Counted from the stretch's first letter, positions 1 to 9,792 are shown. The stretch: DNA of 20,000 nucleotides from an uncultured virus (IMG/VR IMGVR_UViG_3300025809_000015) (IMGVR_UViG_3300025809_000015); one strand, 5' to 3'. A program made the numbers and translations. Notes: generated by a model from the sequence alone, not told the origin.

Positions 1-3000
1 AAGGATCTGTACCTTGCGCAGATAAGCTAATGTCACCGCCAGATATCCAATTAGCAGTACTTACAACTGCTTTACCTTGTTGTAGTGTTGCAGTAGAAAC
101 CATTGCACTATTATAAGCAGTAACATATCCTCCATAATCTCCACCAGCACCAGTAGCTCCTATAAATCCAGTACCCGATCCACCTTGAGGACCAGCAGCT
201 CCGCTTGCTCCTTGGTTACCTATTGCACCACCAACTCCCGTTGCACCTTGATTACCTATTGCACCACCAACTCCGGTTGCACCTTGTATACCTATTGCAC
301 CACCTTCTCCAGTAGCACCTTGTAAACCGATTGCTCCTTGTGATCCGCTTGCACCTTGTGTTCCTGTTTTACCAACTTCTCCTGTTGCACCTTGTAAACC
401 GATTGCTCCTTGTTTACCAATATCTCCAGTTGCTCCTTGGTTACCTATTGCACCACCTTCTCCAGTAGCACCTTGTAAACCTATAGATCCTTGTGATCCG
501 CTTGCACCTTGTGTTCCTGTTTTACCAACTTCTCCTGTTGCACCTTGTAATCCAATTGCACCTTGGTTACCTATTGCACCAGTTGATCCAGCAAAACCAG
601 TTTCGCCTTTTTCTCCAGTCGCACCTTTTAAACCGATTCCTCCCTGAGAACCTGTTGCACCTTGTGTTCCTGTTTTACCAACTTCTCCTGTTGCACCTTG
701 TAATCCAATTGCACCTTGGTTACCTATTGCACCAGTTGATCCTGTTTTACCAACTTCTCCTGTTGCACCTTGTGTTCCTGTTGCTCCCTGAGAACCTGTT
801 GCTCCTGCACTACCAGATTGTCCTGTTGCTCCAGTAGCTCCAGTAGCTCCAATAAAACCAGTAGCTCCAATAAAACCAGTAGCTCCATTAAATCCAGTTG
901 CACCAGTGGCTCCTTGGAATGAAGTACCGTAAGCAGTAAATTCTAAAGTAAAGTCAATTCCTGACCCCCAGTTAGAAGTATAAGTTAATGGAGTAATTGT
1001 TAAGTCATATACATTACCTACTAAAGATACGGCAGTTACTACACCATGTAAAATTTGTTGATTATTACCAGCCGTTAAAATAACAGCACCGAATCCAGTA
1101 GACGCTTGCCCTGTATCATCAAATGTATTAAGGAATGTAGTTTGATCTAATCCTAAGCTATCTGTTTTATTAATATACAGACTTGTGGTTGCAGCATCAT
1201 AATAAAATTTACCAGCGGCTGGTGTAGTTGTTGCTGTAGTTGATTGCCAAGGTAAACCGTTTCTTGGGCCGATTGCTCCCGTTGCTCCAGTTGCTCCAAG
1301 TCCACCAGCGGCACCTTGAGCACCACTTGCACCAGCAGCACCCTGAGCTCCAGTTGCACCAATTCCTCCACCTCCACCAGAAACAGTAGTCCATTTTAAA
1401 GTGGCTGTACTTCCAGCTACAGCTGATATTTCTAAAACTTGATTTTGAGTACCCATTGCTAAAGGCCAAACATAATTAATATTATTAGCTAAAGTATTAG
1501 GTGCTTTAAAAGAAGTATAATTACTTCCATCATCATCATTAAAAATCAATATACCAGTTCGACCGCTACCATTACCTGCTAAAACAATTTGACCTTCTGA
1601 ATCAGTAGCACCACCACCAACTGTAAATTGTGGTGTAAGGCCTACACCAATTTGTTCAAACTTAAATAAATTTTTAGTACCACCATTAGTGTTTATAAAT
1701 GTAAGAGGGTTATTTGTAGCACTACCATAAAAATCTAAAGTCCTAGGTTCTTCTACAGTTAAATCTGTATTTCCAATGTTAACACTAGCTGGTGGGTTTG
1801 CAGCATTAATTGTTATTTCATCAGTTGCTTCATTTACACTGAATGTAATATTTGTACCAGGTAATAAATCAACATCACTACTTGCAACACCGTCACTTAA
1901 TGCAATACTTACGCCTCCACTAGTTAAACTAATAGCATTTAAATTGTATGCAGCAAGAGCGGCATTTTCCCATTGGCCTGTTGCTGAATTATATACTAAG
2001 AGTTGATCATTTTGAACATCAGTAATAGTTACATCAGATAAACCAGCTAAAGTAGAAGATCCTCCGCCTCCTCCACCACCTGCTTCAACATCTACAGTTC
2101 CTCTATATAAATGTCCGTTAGCAGAATTAATCCATAATGTTCTATCAGAAATAGTTCCACCACTCACATCATTACAAAGCGGTCTGTTTGCAAAAGTTGT
2201 AGATGGAAGAACTAATCCTCCTTTATCAATATTAACACAACCTACAAAATAACCAGCCCATGTACCACTATCAGCAACCAAGCCTGTTAAAATAGTAGAC
2301 GATGTAGCGTCAGTTTGTGTATCTATAACATTAGAATATAATCCTACTCTCTGAGGATTTGTTCCAGTACCCGTGAATCCAATTATTTGACCAACATTAA
2401 GTGCTACACTTCCACCAACTTTATTATCAAGTGAAATATTAGTTCCAATATATTTAGAAGCAAAAGCACCAGTTGCACTGTCTGTTTGTAATTGTTGAGC
2501 ATAATAAATTTCAGCTCCTCTATCCATCCATTGATATATGTTAACACCTTCAGTTGCAGTAGGTGTCTTATAAGTCATACGTAAACCGTACCCATCCGTT
2601 AATGAAGTGTTACCAACAAAATCATGTTGAGAGTCTATATCTGATGATATTGCTACTACTGTATTTTGTTCACTTATACCAGTTAAAAGGTGTTTACCTC
2701 TAAGTCTAACGCTTGCATCTAATGTACCACCTTGGTTTGTGTAAGATGTAAGAGTATATCTACCAGTAGATTCAAATCTTCCGGTTGTACTTGAGGCTGC
2801 TGCATTCACTAAAGGTATTCTATAACCAACAGCTGTTGTCTGTAAAGAACTAGTTGCAACATTAGGTACATATAGTTCATTGTTTAGAGATATGCTTAAT
2901 GCATCTACTGTTAAACCGCCTAATCCAGTACTTCCTATATTAATACCAAAAGATTTATCAGTTCCGTAAATACCAGATGTTGCTTGGATAACACTATTTA

Positions 3001-4024
3001 ATGCATATGTCTGAGAAGCATTTCCAGTAGGAGATGAATTTCTTAATTGTAATTGATGAGTAGTTGCAGCATTATCAAAATGAATACCTGTTCCAGTATC
3101 ACCTACTCTATTAAATTGTAATTGTCCTGCACTATTATTAAGACTAACAGTTCGATTAGCAGCACCAATACTTCCGTCATTAGTATAAAGATTAACTTGT
3201 CCTAAAGAACCTATTGCTATCGGTGTCCATAAACCTGCACCATTATTCCATTGTAAAATATCATTAGGGTTAGGTGCATTTGTTGATACATCAGATAACA
3301 TACTAATCAATGGTGCTCCACTATTTAATTGAGCCAAGTCAACTAAACCTTCATTAAAATTATACTCAATATTTTTTTGTCCAGAATTTGTACTTATAGA
3401 TAATGCAGCACCGGTTCCAGTATTCGTTGACTGAAATCCGTAAAATTGTAAATTAACACCAACCTTACCAGAATAAACATCCTGATGGCCAGCTCCCGCT
3501 CCAATATTTTCACCAACATTTACCTCACCTGGATTTGATGCTAGTGTGTTTATTAATTTTATTGTTTTAGAAGATAGATTATATTGCAGCTGCATCCCTT
3601 GCCCGGCAATAAAATTAAAAGTATCATTAGGAGTAGTTGATTGTATTAATGCATCATTACCAGATTGCAGTGCCCCAGATGGGGATGTAGAATTAACATT
3701 GATTTTACCAAAGCCATTAGCTCCTTGTATATTAATGTTACCTGAACCTATACCTCCAATCATATCCCACTGTGCAGTATTAAATACACCTTGGGTAGTT
3801 CTAACATTTGCTCTCCACCATGCTAATACTTGATCTTCACCTGTAGTCGCAGGATCATCTACAATAACTGGGTGGTATACAATGTTTCCTATTTCATATG
3901 TCCTATCATTCTCCCAAGGGTTAGCCACCATTTTAAAATTAGTATCTACCTCAGCATTAGTTAGCTCTCTTTTTATCTCTGTTCTAAAAAGAATATATTC
4001 TTGTAGGTTAAATGACGTTGCCAT
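1..4024 (-). CDS. Large tail fibre / virion structural protein with collagen-like repeats (5' part, >1340 aa, runs off the left edge)
   Basis: ATG at 4024 gives MATSFNLQEYILFRTEIKRELTNAEVDTNF; the same frame was open at every segment I translated, down to base 2. It contains phage fibre motifs (LTNAEVDTNF; two LSDV...L.(W/Y)N repeats; YTSFKAP...YVWP...QVL) and G-X-Y tracts. Absent from the ORF track because no stop lies in the window. Confidence 0.88.
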   Translation of the reverse strand, partial: MATSFNLQEYILFRTEIKRELTNAEVDTNFKMVANPWENDRTYEIGNIVYHPVIVDDPATTGEDQVLAWWRANVRTTQGVFNTAQWDMIGGIGSGNINIQGANGFGKINVNSTSPSGALQSGNDALIQSTTPNDTFNFIAGQGMQLQYNLSSKTIKLINTLASNPGEVNVGENIGAGAGHQDVYSGKVGVNLQFYGFQSTNTGTGAALSISTNSGQKNIEYNFNEGLVDLAQLNSGAPLISMLSDVSTNAPNPNDILQWNNGAGLWTPIAIGSLGQVNLYTNDGSIGAANRTVSLNNSAGQLQFNRVGDTGTGIHFDNAATTHQLQLRNSSPTGNASQTYALNSVIQATSGIYGTDKSFGINIGSTGLGGLTVDALSISLNNELYVPNVATSSLQTTAVGYRIPLVNAAASSTTGRFESTGRYTLTSYTNQGGTLDASVRLRGKHLLTGISEQNTVVAISSDIDSQHDFVGNTSLTDGYGLRMTYKTPTATEGVNIYQWMDRGAEIYYAQQLQTDSATGAFASKYIGTNISLDNKVGGSVALNVGQIIGFTGTGTNPQRVGLYSNVIDTQTDATSSTILTGLVADSGTWAGYFVGCVNIDKGGLVLPSTTFANRPLCNDVSGGTISDRTLWINSANGHLYRGTVDVEAGGGGGGGSSTLAGLSDVTITDVQNDQLLVYNSATGQWENAALAAYNLNAISLTSGGVSIALSDGVASSDVDLLPGTNITFSVNEATDEITINAANPPASVNIGNTDLTVEEPRTLDFYGSATNNPLTFINTNGGTKNLFKFEQIGVGLTPQFTVGGGATDSEGQIVLAGNGSGRTGILIFNDDDGSNYTSFKAPNTLANNINYVWPLAMGTQNQVLEISAVAGSTATLKWTTVSGGGGGIGATGAQGAAGASGAQGAAGGLGATGATGAIGPRNGLPWQSTTATTTPAAGKFYYDAATTSLYINKTDSLGLDQTTFLNTFDDTGQASTGFGAVILTAGNNQQILHGVVTAVSLVGNVYDLTITPLTYTSNWGSGIDFTLEFTAYGTSFQGATGATGFNGATGFIGATGFIGATGATGATGQSGSAGATGSQGATGTQGATGEVGKTGSTGAIGNQGAIGLQGATGEVGKTGTQGATGSQGGIGLKGATGEKGETGFAGSTGAIGNQGAIGLQGATGEVGKTGTQGASGSQGSIGLQGATGEGGAIGNQGATGDIGKQGAIGLQGATGEVGKTGTQGASGSQGAIGLQGATGEGGAIGIQGATGVGGAIGNQGATGVGGAIGNQGASGAAGPQGGSGTGFIGATGAGGDYGGYVTAYNSAMVSTATLQQGKAVVSTANWISGGDISLSAQGTDP
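140..916 (-). repeat. Collagen-like (Gly-X-Y)n coding repeat with 153-bp higher-order unit
   Basis: Translates as GATGEVGKTGTQGASGSQGAIGLQGATG...; 502-589 is identical to 655-742, and matching blocks start at 349/502/655 and 291/444. Confidence 0.93.
1265..1378 (-). repeat. Short collagen-like tract
   Basis: GGGGGIGATGAQGAAGASGAQGAAGGLGATGATGAIGP in the fibre frame. Confidence 0.85.
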
Positions 4025-4058
4025 TGATTTAAATATTTTTTTATTTATTCTTCTTCTT

Positions 4059-4066
4059 TATATATT
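4059..4066 (-). promoter_or_regulatory. Putative late promoter AATATATA (T4 TATAAATA-like)
   Basis: Lies ~35 nt upstream of the fibre ATG; the same octamer precedes the genes starting at 4641 and 9848. Confidence 0.5.
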
Positions 4067-4641
4067 TAGTTTGGGGGATATTCCTCAATCTTAACATCAT
4101 TATATGGAAACTGCGAAGTATCTCTTACAGAAGTAAATGCCTCTCTAAATGATTTAAGATACCAAGTGTTTTCTGACCAACCTGGTACTGCATAACATGG
4201 TGAATAAATTCCAGTTACATAAATATATTTTAGCTCTGAATAATACTTTACATAATCAGTAACTGCATTCTTTATTAATTGAATTTGTCTGTCTATAAAT
4301 ACCTGTCTACCGGAGTTTCGTTGTCTATCATATGCAGAGCCTGTTTCAAGTTTTAAATTATTAGTAACATCTATTGCTTTAAATTCAGTACTAAAATCAT
4401 AAAGATCACTCGCGGCTAAGAAAAATGAAATAGAAACCAAATCTCCTAGATTACAATTATCAAGAGGCTTATAATTTTTGTTATAATACTTTTCCATTGC
4501 AGCAACATCTGCAAAATCAATGTACTCATGTTTTACCCTATTAAAAAAATCAACCTTAATACTTGTAGAGGTTATTTTATTTTTTTTCAAAAAGGTAAAG
4601 AAGTCTAAAGCTAGTTTAAATGTTATTCCTTCTAAAATCAA
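4066..4641 (-). CDS. Hypothetical protein, possibly late/virion-associated (TTG start)
   Basis: 191-aa ORF directly upstream of the fibre gene, with AATATATA at 4660-4667. Confidence 0.7.
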   Translation of the reverse strand: MILEGITFKLALDFFTFLKKNKITSTSIKVDFFNRVKHEYIDFADVAAMEKYYNKNYKPLDNCNLGDLVSISFFLAASDLYDFSTEFKAIDVTNNLKLETGSAYDRQRNSGRQVFIDRQIQLIKNAVTDYVKYYSELKYIYVTGIYSPCYAVPGWSENTWYLKSFREAFTSVRDTSQFPYNDVKIEEYPPN

Positions 4642-4666
4642 TGGAGTCTACTTTTTTGTTATATAT

Positions 4667-5140
4667 TCAGTCTTTGATTAGATGGTAGTCATCTATAAGA
4701 TAGGATATAGGTCCATAAGTGATTTTACATTGTTTAAAAATTTGTAAATGATCTAAGTTACGATAATCATCAATCCAATATACATGTTTAAATCCTGCAT
4801 TAACTAAAATCTTGGTACACATTTTGCAAGGAGATAGAGTTAAAAGAACTATGTAATTTTCCGGATCATGCTCTTTAAATTTAGCAATCATATTTACCTC
4901 AGCATGAATAAAGCCACTTTCGCCTGGTTCCAAACTTTCTTCTTCAGTTCCAGTTTCTATATTATTATGAGCCCCACTATATGATCCGTTATAACCAAAA
5001 CTGGCAATTTTACTAAAATCTTTTCTTAATGCAATACAACCTACTTTAGTTGTAGAAGAATTAGAAAGATCTTTAATATTATTTAAAATATTTTTAAAGG
5101 TTTCAATTTTTATCTGAAGTCGCTGAATTTTGGTATCCAT
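4667..5140 (-). CDS. dCMP deaminase (cytidine/deoxycytidylate deaminase family)
   Basis: KVGC, GYNG, HAEVN and LSPCKMC zinc-binding motifs. Confidence 0.9.
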   Translation of the reverse strand: MDTKIQRLQIKIETFKNILNNIKDLSNSSTTKVGCIALRKDFSKIASFGYNGSYSGAHNNIETGTEEESLEPGESGFIHAEVNMIAKFKEHDPENYIVLLTLSPCKMCTKILVNAGFKHVYWIDDYRNLDHLQIFKQCKITYGPISYLIDDYHLIKD

Positions 5141-5691
5141 TTGCTCTTAATTAATTTGGCTCTCATTTTTATACCAGGTTCTTTACTTAATGATTTTGCT
5201 AATTTAATGTTATCCTCATCATCATCAAAAAAGGTGAAGTCATTAAATCCCATTTCTATAAATTTTCTAAATGCTTCCTTTTTTCTTTCTGCCGTTGATC
5301 CTTTAAATCCTAATGAGGTATCATTAATAGCAAATATGTATTGTGGATTTATGTTAATTCCATTATGAGCTAAAAATTGCTGAATAAGCTTAGAATCATC
5401 TCTTGCTGTTATAATACCAACAGCCTTGCCCTTTTGTATAGTTCTTTTTAAAATAGAAAATACCCATTCAATAATTTTACCACCTTTAAGAATATCTAAA
5501 CTTTGAAAATCTGAAAAGTCCATCTTATCATTTGGTCTTTTCCTAAATGTATTAAATTCTTGTGGAGTAAGTTCAGTAGAAAAACCTGTTTTAGGATTAT
5601 GAACTTTAATTTTACTGCGAGTAACTACAAGAGTATCATCCACATCAAATATGGTAATTGCATTTCTTTTATTTGCTTCAAATAGCCTCAC
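5110..5691 (-). CDS. HAD-superfamily hydrolase (GTG start)
   Basis: Motif I FDVDDTL, motif II ITAR, motif III K (RKK) and motif IV FFDDD; N-terminus MRLFE. Confidence 0.75.
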   Translation of the reverse strand: MRLFEANKRNAITIFDVDDTLVVTRSKIKVHNPKTGFSTELTPQEFNTFRKRPNDKMDFSDFQSLDILKGGKIIEWVFSILKRTIQKGKAVGIITARDDSKLIQQFLAHNGININPQYIFAINDTSLGFKGSTAERKKEAFRKFIEMGFNDFTFFDDDEDNIKLAKSLSKEPGIKMRAKLIKSKWIPKFSDFR

Positions 5692-5764
5692 TTTAAATTT
5701 TCCTTTTATTATTTATCAATTAAATATGTAGAACACATTAGATGTACTTAAAAGGTGTCTGCGA

Positions 5765-7090
5765 TTAGCAATCCCTTCCGTTAGCATAAACATGTTTTAA
5801 TACAGGAAATCTTAGACTATATCCTCCGTTTTGATTTTTGCTTTCCTCAAAATACTGAATAGTTACAGTCTTACCAATAATATCTTGTGGAGATTCATAA
5901 TACATTTCTCTTTGTTCTTTAGAAAATCCTGATCCTACACTAACTCTACATCCTTTATGTTCAATTATAATACTGCTTAAACATTCTCTTTCTACCTGTT
6001 TACCATTTTCTGTCCATCGGATATTTCCGTTGATTGCATCTAGGACAGTATATTCTGCATCATGGAATTTTTTAACCTTTAGTAGATTATGGCTTCTTTT
6101 ACCTTCATAGCCTACATTCTTTCTAACCATGATTCCTTCAAATCCTGCCTCTTCAGCATCCTTTGCCATTTCAGTAAATTGTTCCTCGGTAGTTAATTGT
6201 TCTTGTGGTAAGAATTCTAACATATCAGAATTAATATTTTCTGGTAAACTATTCTTTCCTAATTCTAATCTAAATGTTAATGGTGTAGTTCCAATCTTAT
6301 TATCAAATTGTTCTAAAGTTAAATAATCAAATACAAAGAATTTAGGATTATCTATTTGATGATCCTTCTTTCTGATTTGTTTCATAATTCCTTGGAAGTC
6401 TTCATTACCATCTTTATCAACCATACAGATTTCTCCATCTAGGATAAAATCACCACCTATCTTAGAAATTTCATTTGCTAAATTATCTAGCGTTAAAAAT
6501 TCTTTACCACTTCTAGAATAGAATGTTACTGTATTCATTTCTTTTCGGCAAATACATCGAACTCCATCTAATTTTCTGGAACCGTACCAATCTCCACTTT
6601 GAAAATCTACTCTTTTTACATTATAAGGATTTGCTAATGCAACCTTAAATGTTGGAATTAAATCAGGGTGTACTGCTTTATTAATTGATGTTGTATTAGC
6701 ACCCATTTTAAGGTCTCTATCAATAATGTTGTAGATAAGAGTTTCATATTGTTTGTTTTCTAAAATAAATCTGTTAACATTTGCAATCGCAGTATGACCA
6801 GTACAAACTCTATTTCTTAAATCATCCAATAAAGTAAAAATACTTCCATAAGTATTAGGGTGACCTAGTAAATCGAAATTCTTTTTGCAATTCTTGGATG
6901 TAACATTATACTTAAAGTAAGGATTATAAGTATAGTAGAAAATATTTTGTAGAAATTCTCTATCGTCATTTTCTTCTGAGTTATCAGCATACTTTTTGAT
7001 AGTTGCAATTTTATGATTACCTGAAGATGAATCATTCATTTCATTAATGAAAGATTGTAGATAATCAAAGTTGTTTGTTAGTTCAGTCAT
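5765..7090 (-). CDS. lig: ATP-dependent DNA ligase
   Basis: KLDGVR (motif I), LDGEI, FVFD, EGIMVR, LLKVK, and OB-fold VGSGFS...SLRFP. Confidence 0.96.
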   Translation of the reverse strand: MTELTNNFDYLQSFINEMNDSSSGNHKIATIKKYADNSEENDDREFLQNIFYYTYNPYFKYNVTSKNCKKNFDLLGHPNTYGSIFTLLDDLRNRVCTGHTAIANVNRFILENKQYETLIYNIIDRDLKMGANTTSINKAVHPDLIPTFKVALANPYNVKRVDFQSGDWYGSRKLDGVRCICRKEMNTVTFYSRSGKEFLTLDNLANEISKIGGDFILDGEICMVDKDGNEDFQGIMKQIRKKDHQIDNPKFFVFDYLTLEQFDNKIGTTPLTFRLELGKNSLPENINSDMLEFLPQEQLTTEEQFTEMAKDAEEAGFEGIMVRKNVGYEGKRSHNLLKVKKFHDAEYTVLDAINGNIRWTENGKQVERECLSSIIIEHKGCRVSVGSGFSKEQREMYYESPQDIIGKTVTIQYFEESKNQNGGYSLRFPVLKHVYANGRDC

Positions 7091-7118
7091 ATTCCGTTTT
7101 GTTTAATTTATTATAATA

Positions 7119-7184
7119 TAAATATAATACATTTTCTTGGGATCTGAACTATAAATTCTTGTTATTTTAAAAAAGTTATTAACA
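7119..7184 (-). promoter_or_regulatory. Class A phage promoter (TTCAGA-N16-TATATTTA) with upstream TGTTAATAACTT element
   Basis: TCTGAA at 7143-7148, TAAATATA at 7119-7126 and AAGTTATTAACA at 7173-7184 (plus strand); near-identical copy at 15651-15716. Confidence 0.8.
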
Positions 7185-7198
7185 ATTATGAAACAATG

Positions 7199-7271
7199 TT
7201 GTCCGACTAGGGATCGAACCTAGACTCTTCTGGACCAAAACCAGACGTGTTGCCAGTTACACCATCGGACA
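7199..7271 (-). tRNA. tRNA-Gln(UUG)
   Basis: TGTCCGA/TCGGACA acceptor (U1-A72), GTGT/ACAC D stem, TCTGG-TT TTG GT-CCAGA anticodon arm, CTAGG-TTCGATC-CCTAG T arm; no encoded CCA. Confidence 0.95.
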
Positions 7272-7281
7272 ATTAAGTCCT

Positions 7282-7863
7282 TTAATATTCTGTATCAAAA
7301 AAGAATGTTTGAAATAACCTACCATCATATTTGTCTTTACCAAAATATTCTAACGAAGTATGAAACATATCTCCTCTATATAAAACCAATCTATTATAAA
7401 TAGGTGCTGTCATTGCAGTCATTTCCCACGCATCATAATTTCTTGCATCAGCGTTTACCTTATCAAGTCCCTTTTGATCGTAATTACCATTTTTTAATCT
7501 TGGTGCAGTTTCCCAGCCTGTTTCCTTATGCCTAAATAAACCAGTACCACCATTAGCCGGTGCATCAGGTGTTAAGTATAAAACACCTGCCCAGTTTGTG
7601 GTTTGGTCTGCATGAATCCAACTAGAATCTTTTTCTGTTGTATATTGAAATGCTGTAGTGTAAGCATCACCAAAATATGTTATCTCTCCACCGTGACTTT
7701 GTATAATTCTTTGTATTACTTCTTTACAATCCCAGTGATGAACTGGCTTAGTTCTTTGGCCAGGAAAATTACCCCTAGTTCCAAATTCTTGAGCTAAGGC
7801 ATATTTTCTAATCTCATCTGGTTCATTATAAAAATTGTCTGTTATGATTAGGCTTGTTTGCAT
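7282..7863 (-). CDS. 2OG-Fe(II) oxygenase-like protein (DUF6445-like)
   Basis: HxD (IHAD), GVLYL, GGT, YNRLVLY, distal His (MFH) and RLFQTFF. Confidence 0.8.
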   Translation of the reverse strand: MQTSLIITDNFYNEPDEIRKYALAQEFGTRGNFPGQRTKPVHHWDCKEVIQRIIQSHGGEITYFGDAYTTAFQYTTEKDSSWIHADQTTNWAGVLYLTPDAPANGGTGLFRHKETGWETAPRLKNGNYDQKGLDKVNADARNYDAWEMTAMTAPIYNRLVLYRGDMFHTSLEYFGKDKYDGRLFQTFFFDTEY

Positions 7864-7898
7864 AGTTAATTATTTGTTTATTTATTTGTGCTTTTATT

Positions 7899-8183
7899 TT
7901 ATACTTCTTCATCATTTGGAGTATCTAAGAATAATAACTGTTTAAGCTTCTGTAAGTTAGTACATTTTTCGTATGCTTCTATTTCCTCAAAATATTTTAT
8001 CATTCCATTAATAGCTTTAAGTTTCAGTTCTACAGAATCTTTTCTTTTTAAAACTTGACTAGGGCTTTGCATCATTACAGCATATGATAGATTCATAAAC
8101 TCATCAAAGTTTGTTTGCTCTAGTGTTAACAACAAGCTTTTAATAAAATCATCCCCAAAACCCATTCCGTGATTACTTTCCAT
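7899..8183 (-). CDS. Hypothetical protein
   Basis: 94-aa ORF overlapping the dnaJ stop; YFEEIEAYEKC helix. Confidence 0.7.
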   Translation of the reverse strand: MESNHGMGFGDDFIKSLLLTLEQTNFDEFMNLSYAVMMQSPSQVLKRKDSVELKLKAINGMIKYFEEIEAYEKCTNLQKLKQLLFLDTPNDEEV

Positions 8184-8997
8184 TATGTTTATCTTTTATT
8201 TTTTGTATTGCTTTTTTATCTTCTTCATCTAAATCAGTAGGTATGTCTACTATAATACTTATAAGTAAATCTGAAAACTTACCTTCTTGTTTATAAATAG
8301 GAAACCCTTTACCTTTAACTCTTAATACTTTTCCATTAGCCGTCCCAGGAGGAATATTAAATGTTATGGTTTTGTCAAAACAATCAATAGTTTCCTTACC
8401 TCCTAATATTGCATCAAACAAATTTATGTTTTTAATTGTATGCAAACCTTGATTATCTATAAAAAAGTTATTATCATTTATAACCTCTATTGTCATTATA
8501 AGATCACCACTCAATTCTTCAGTCTGTCCTCTTTGTCCTAAACCTTTTAATCTTAACTTTTGCCCACTTCTTATACCTGGTGGAATATCAACCTTTATAG
8601 TTTTCATACCTAGGCTAACATCTCTGCTAGTACCATAATAAGAATCAGCAAGTGTTATACGTAAAACTCCACTGGTATTTCTACCTCTTTGATTATAACC
8701 ATATCTTGCATTAAAGGCTCCACTAAAATTTTGATTTCTAAGTAAATCCTCGAACATGCTTTCAGAAAAATCTCCACCAAACCCTCCACCAAATGGATTA
8801 GATTGTCTTTGGTCATATTCAGTTTTCTTTTGGGGATTTCCTAGTGTTTCATATGCATCAGCAATTTCTTTAAATCTTTCTTCATTACCCTCGGCCTTAT
8901 CAGGGTGATATTCTTTAGCTAACTTTCTATAAGCTTTTTTAATATCACTTGCTGATGAAGATTTATTTACTCCTAATATGCTATATGGATCTTTCAT
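8173..8997 (-). CDS. dnaJ: DnaJ-class chaperone (CbpA-like: J domain, G/F linker, C-terminal domain, no Zn finger)
   Basis: DPYSILGV...IKKAYRKLAKEYHPD...F.EI..AYE.L; PFGGGFGG; IPPG, LRLKGLG, GDL. Confidence 0.93.
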   Translation of the reverse strand: MKDPYSILGVNKSSSASDIKKAYRKLAKEYHPDKAEGNEERFKEIADAYETLGNPQKKTEYDQRQSNPFGGGFGGDFSESMFEDLLRNQNFSGAFNARYGYNQRGRNTSGVLRITLADSYYGTSRDVSLGMKTIKVDIPPGIRSGQKLRLKGLGQRGQTEELSGDLIMTIEVINDNNFFIDNQGLHTIKNINLFDAILGGKETIDCFDKTITFNIPPGTANGKVLRVKGKGFPIYKQEGKFSDLLISIIVDIPTDLDEEDKKAIQKIKDKHNGK

Positions 8998-9341
8998 TAT
9001 TTCCAGAAAAGTTGTATTCCTATTAAGCTACATGCTAAGAATAAAGATACTATTGTTTTTGTAGTAATACCTTCACCTAAAAGATACCAAGTTAAAAATG
9101 TAAAAGAAATAATACCAGAACCAAATGCTATAAATCTACCAGGCCATAAAAGACCATCATAATGTTCTACAATAAACCTAGTACCATAAATTAATATGTA
9201 ACTAATAGTTGTACCAAATATAATTGATACCGCAAAAGGATTCTTTTTAAACCAAGGCCATACAAATTGACCATTAGTTTGTACCCATATCATTGTTTGG
9301 CCTAAAAAGAATAAACAAAACGCTGCTATTAATTTATTCAT
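8997..9341 (-). CDS. Small four-helix membrane protein (DMT/SMR-like)
   Basis: 114 aa with ~4 hydrophobic segments and an LLGEGIT..K motif; translationally coupled to dnaJ. Confidence 0.65.
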   Translation of the reverse strand: MNKLIAAFCLFFLGQTMIWVQTNGQFVWPWFKKNPFAVSIIFGTTISYILIYGTRFIVEHYDGLLWPGRFIAFGSGIISFTFLTWYLLGEGITTKTIVSLFLACSLIGIQLFWK

Positions 9342-9600
9342 CTATATGATATTTATAACCTTGCCTTGACATATGATCCATGTGACTTTCCATTTGCTTT
9401 GCAGTTATCCATACTGAAGGTTCAGGTTCTACTCTTCCATCTTCTCTTTTATCAAATGCTTTATTTAAAAACCATTTCTCTTTTTTACTTTCCCACCAGA
9501 ACCATACCTTTTGCCATGATCTAGGTTTTTTCATATAAACTTTATTACCCTTATCCATGTGAGCAATAAATTGTTTATATGTGATATCCTTTTTAGGCAT
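9334..9600 (-). CDS. Hypothetical protein (Trp/Lys-rich)
   Basis: 88-aa ORF overlapping both neighbours. Confidence 0.7.
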   Translation of the reverse strand: MPKKDITYKQFIAHMDKGNKVYMKKPRSWQKVWFWWESKKEKWFLNKAFDKREDGRVEPEPSVWITAKQMESHMDHMSRQGYKYHIDE

Positions 9601-9778
9601 TCTTATTTGATTCTTTTATTGTAAGCTTTTGTATTCTTTCTTCTAAAACAAATTTCTTTTCTTCTAATTTGTTTTTTCTTTCTAACTGAATCGCAATTCT
9701 CTCTAAGACATTTACCAATTTAGGTATATCTCCGTCTATTAATTTACGACCCATTTGTGTTCTAAAAAATTCTGACAT
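9593..9778 (-). CDS. Hypothetical protein
   Basis: Likely start MSEFFRTQMGRKLIDGDIP at 9778 (the track start at 9802 lies in the promoter region). Confidence 0.7.
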   Translation of the reverse strand: MSEFFRTQMGRKLIDGDIPKLVNVLERIAIQLERKNKLEEKKFVLEERIQKLTIKESNKNA

Positions 9779-9792
9779 AATTATGTTTATTT

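Noticed and set aside
140..916. CRISPR array or DGR template/variable repeat
   Set aside because: The repeats are in-frame G-X-Y coding units with no unique spacers, no adenine-specific variation and no nearby cas or reverse transcriptase gene.
493..4094. Track ORFs 493..837, 1153..1377, 1209..1469, 1776..2006, 3546..3833 and 3882..4094
   Set aside because: Antisense or off-frame shadows of the long tail-fibre gene; their periodicity comes from the collagen repeats.
5720..5764. Terminator after the ligase gene
   Set aside because: Only weak complementarity and no clear stem plus U-tract.
7282..7863. Oxygenase acting as a collagen prolyl hydroxylase for the fibre
   Set aside because: The visible collagen tracts are almost proline-free, so nothing in this window supports the link.
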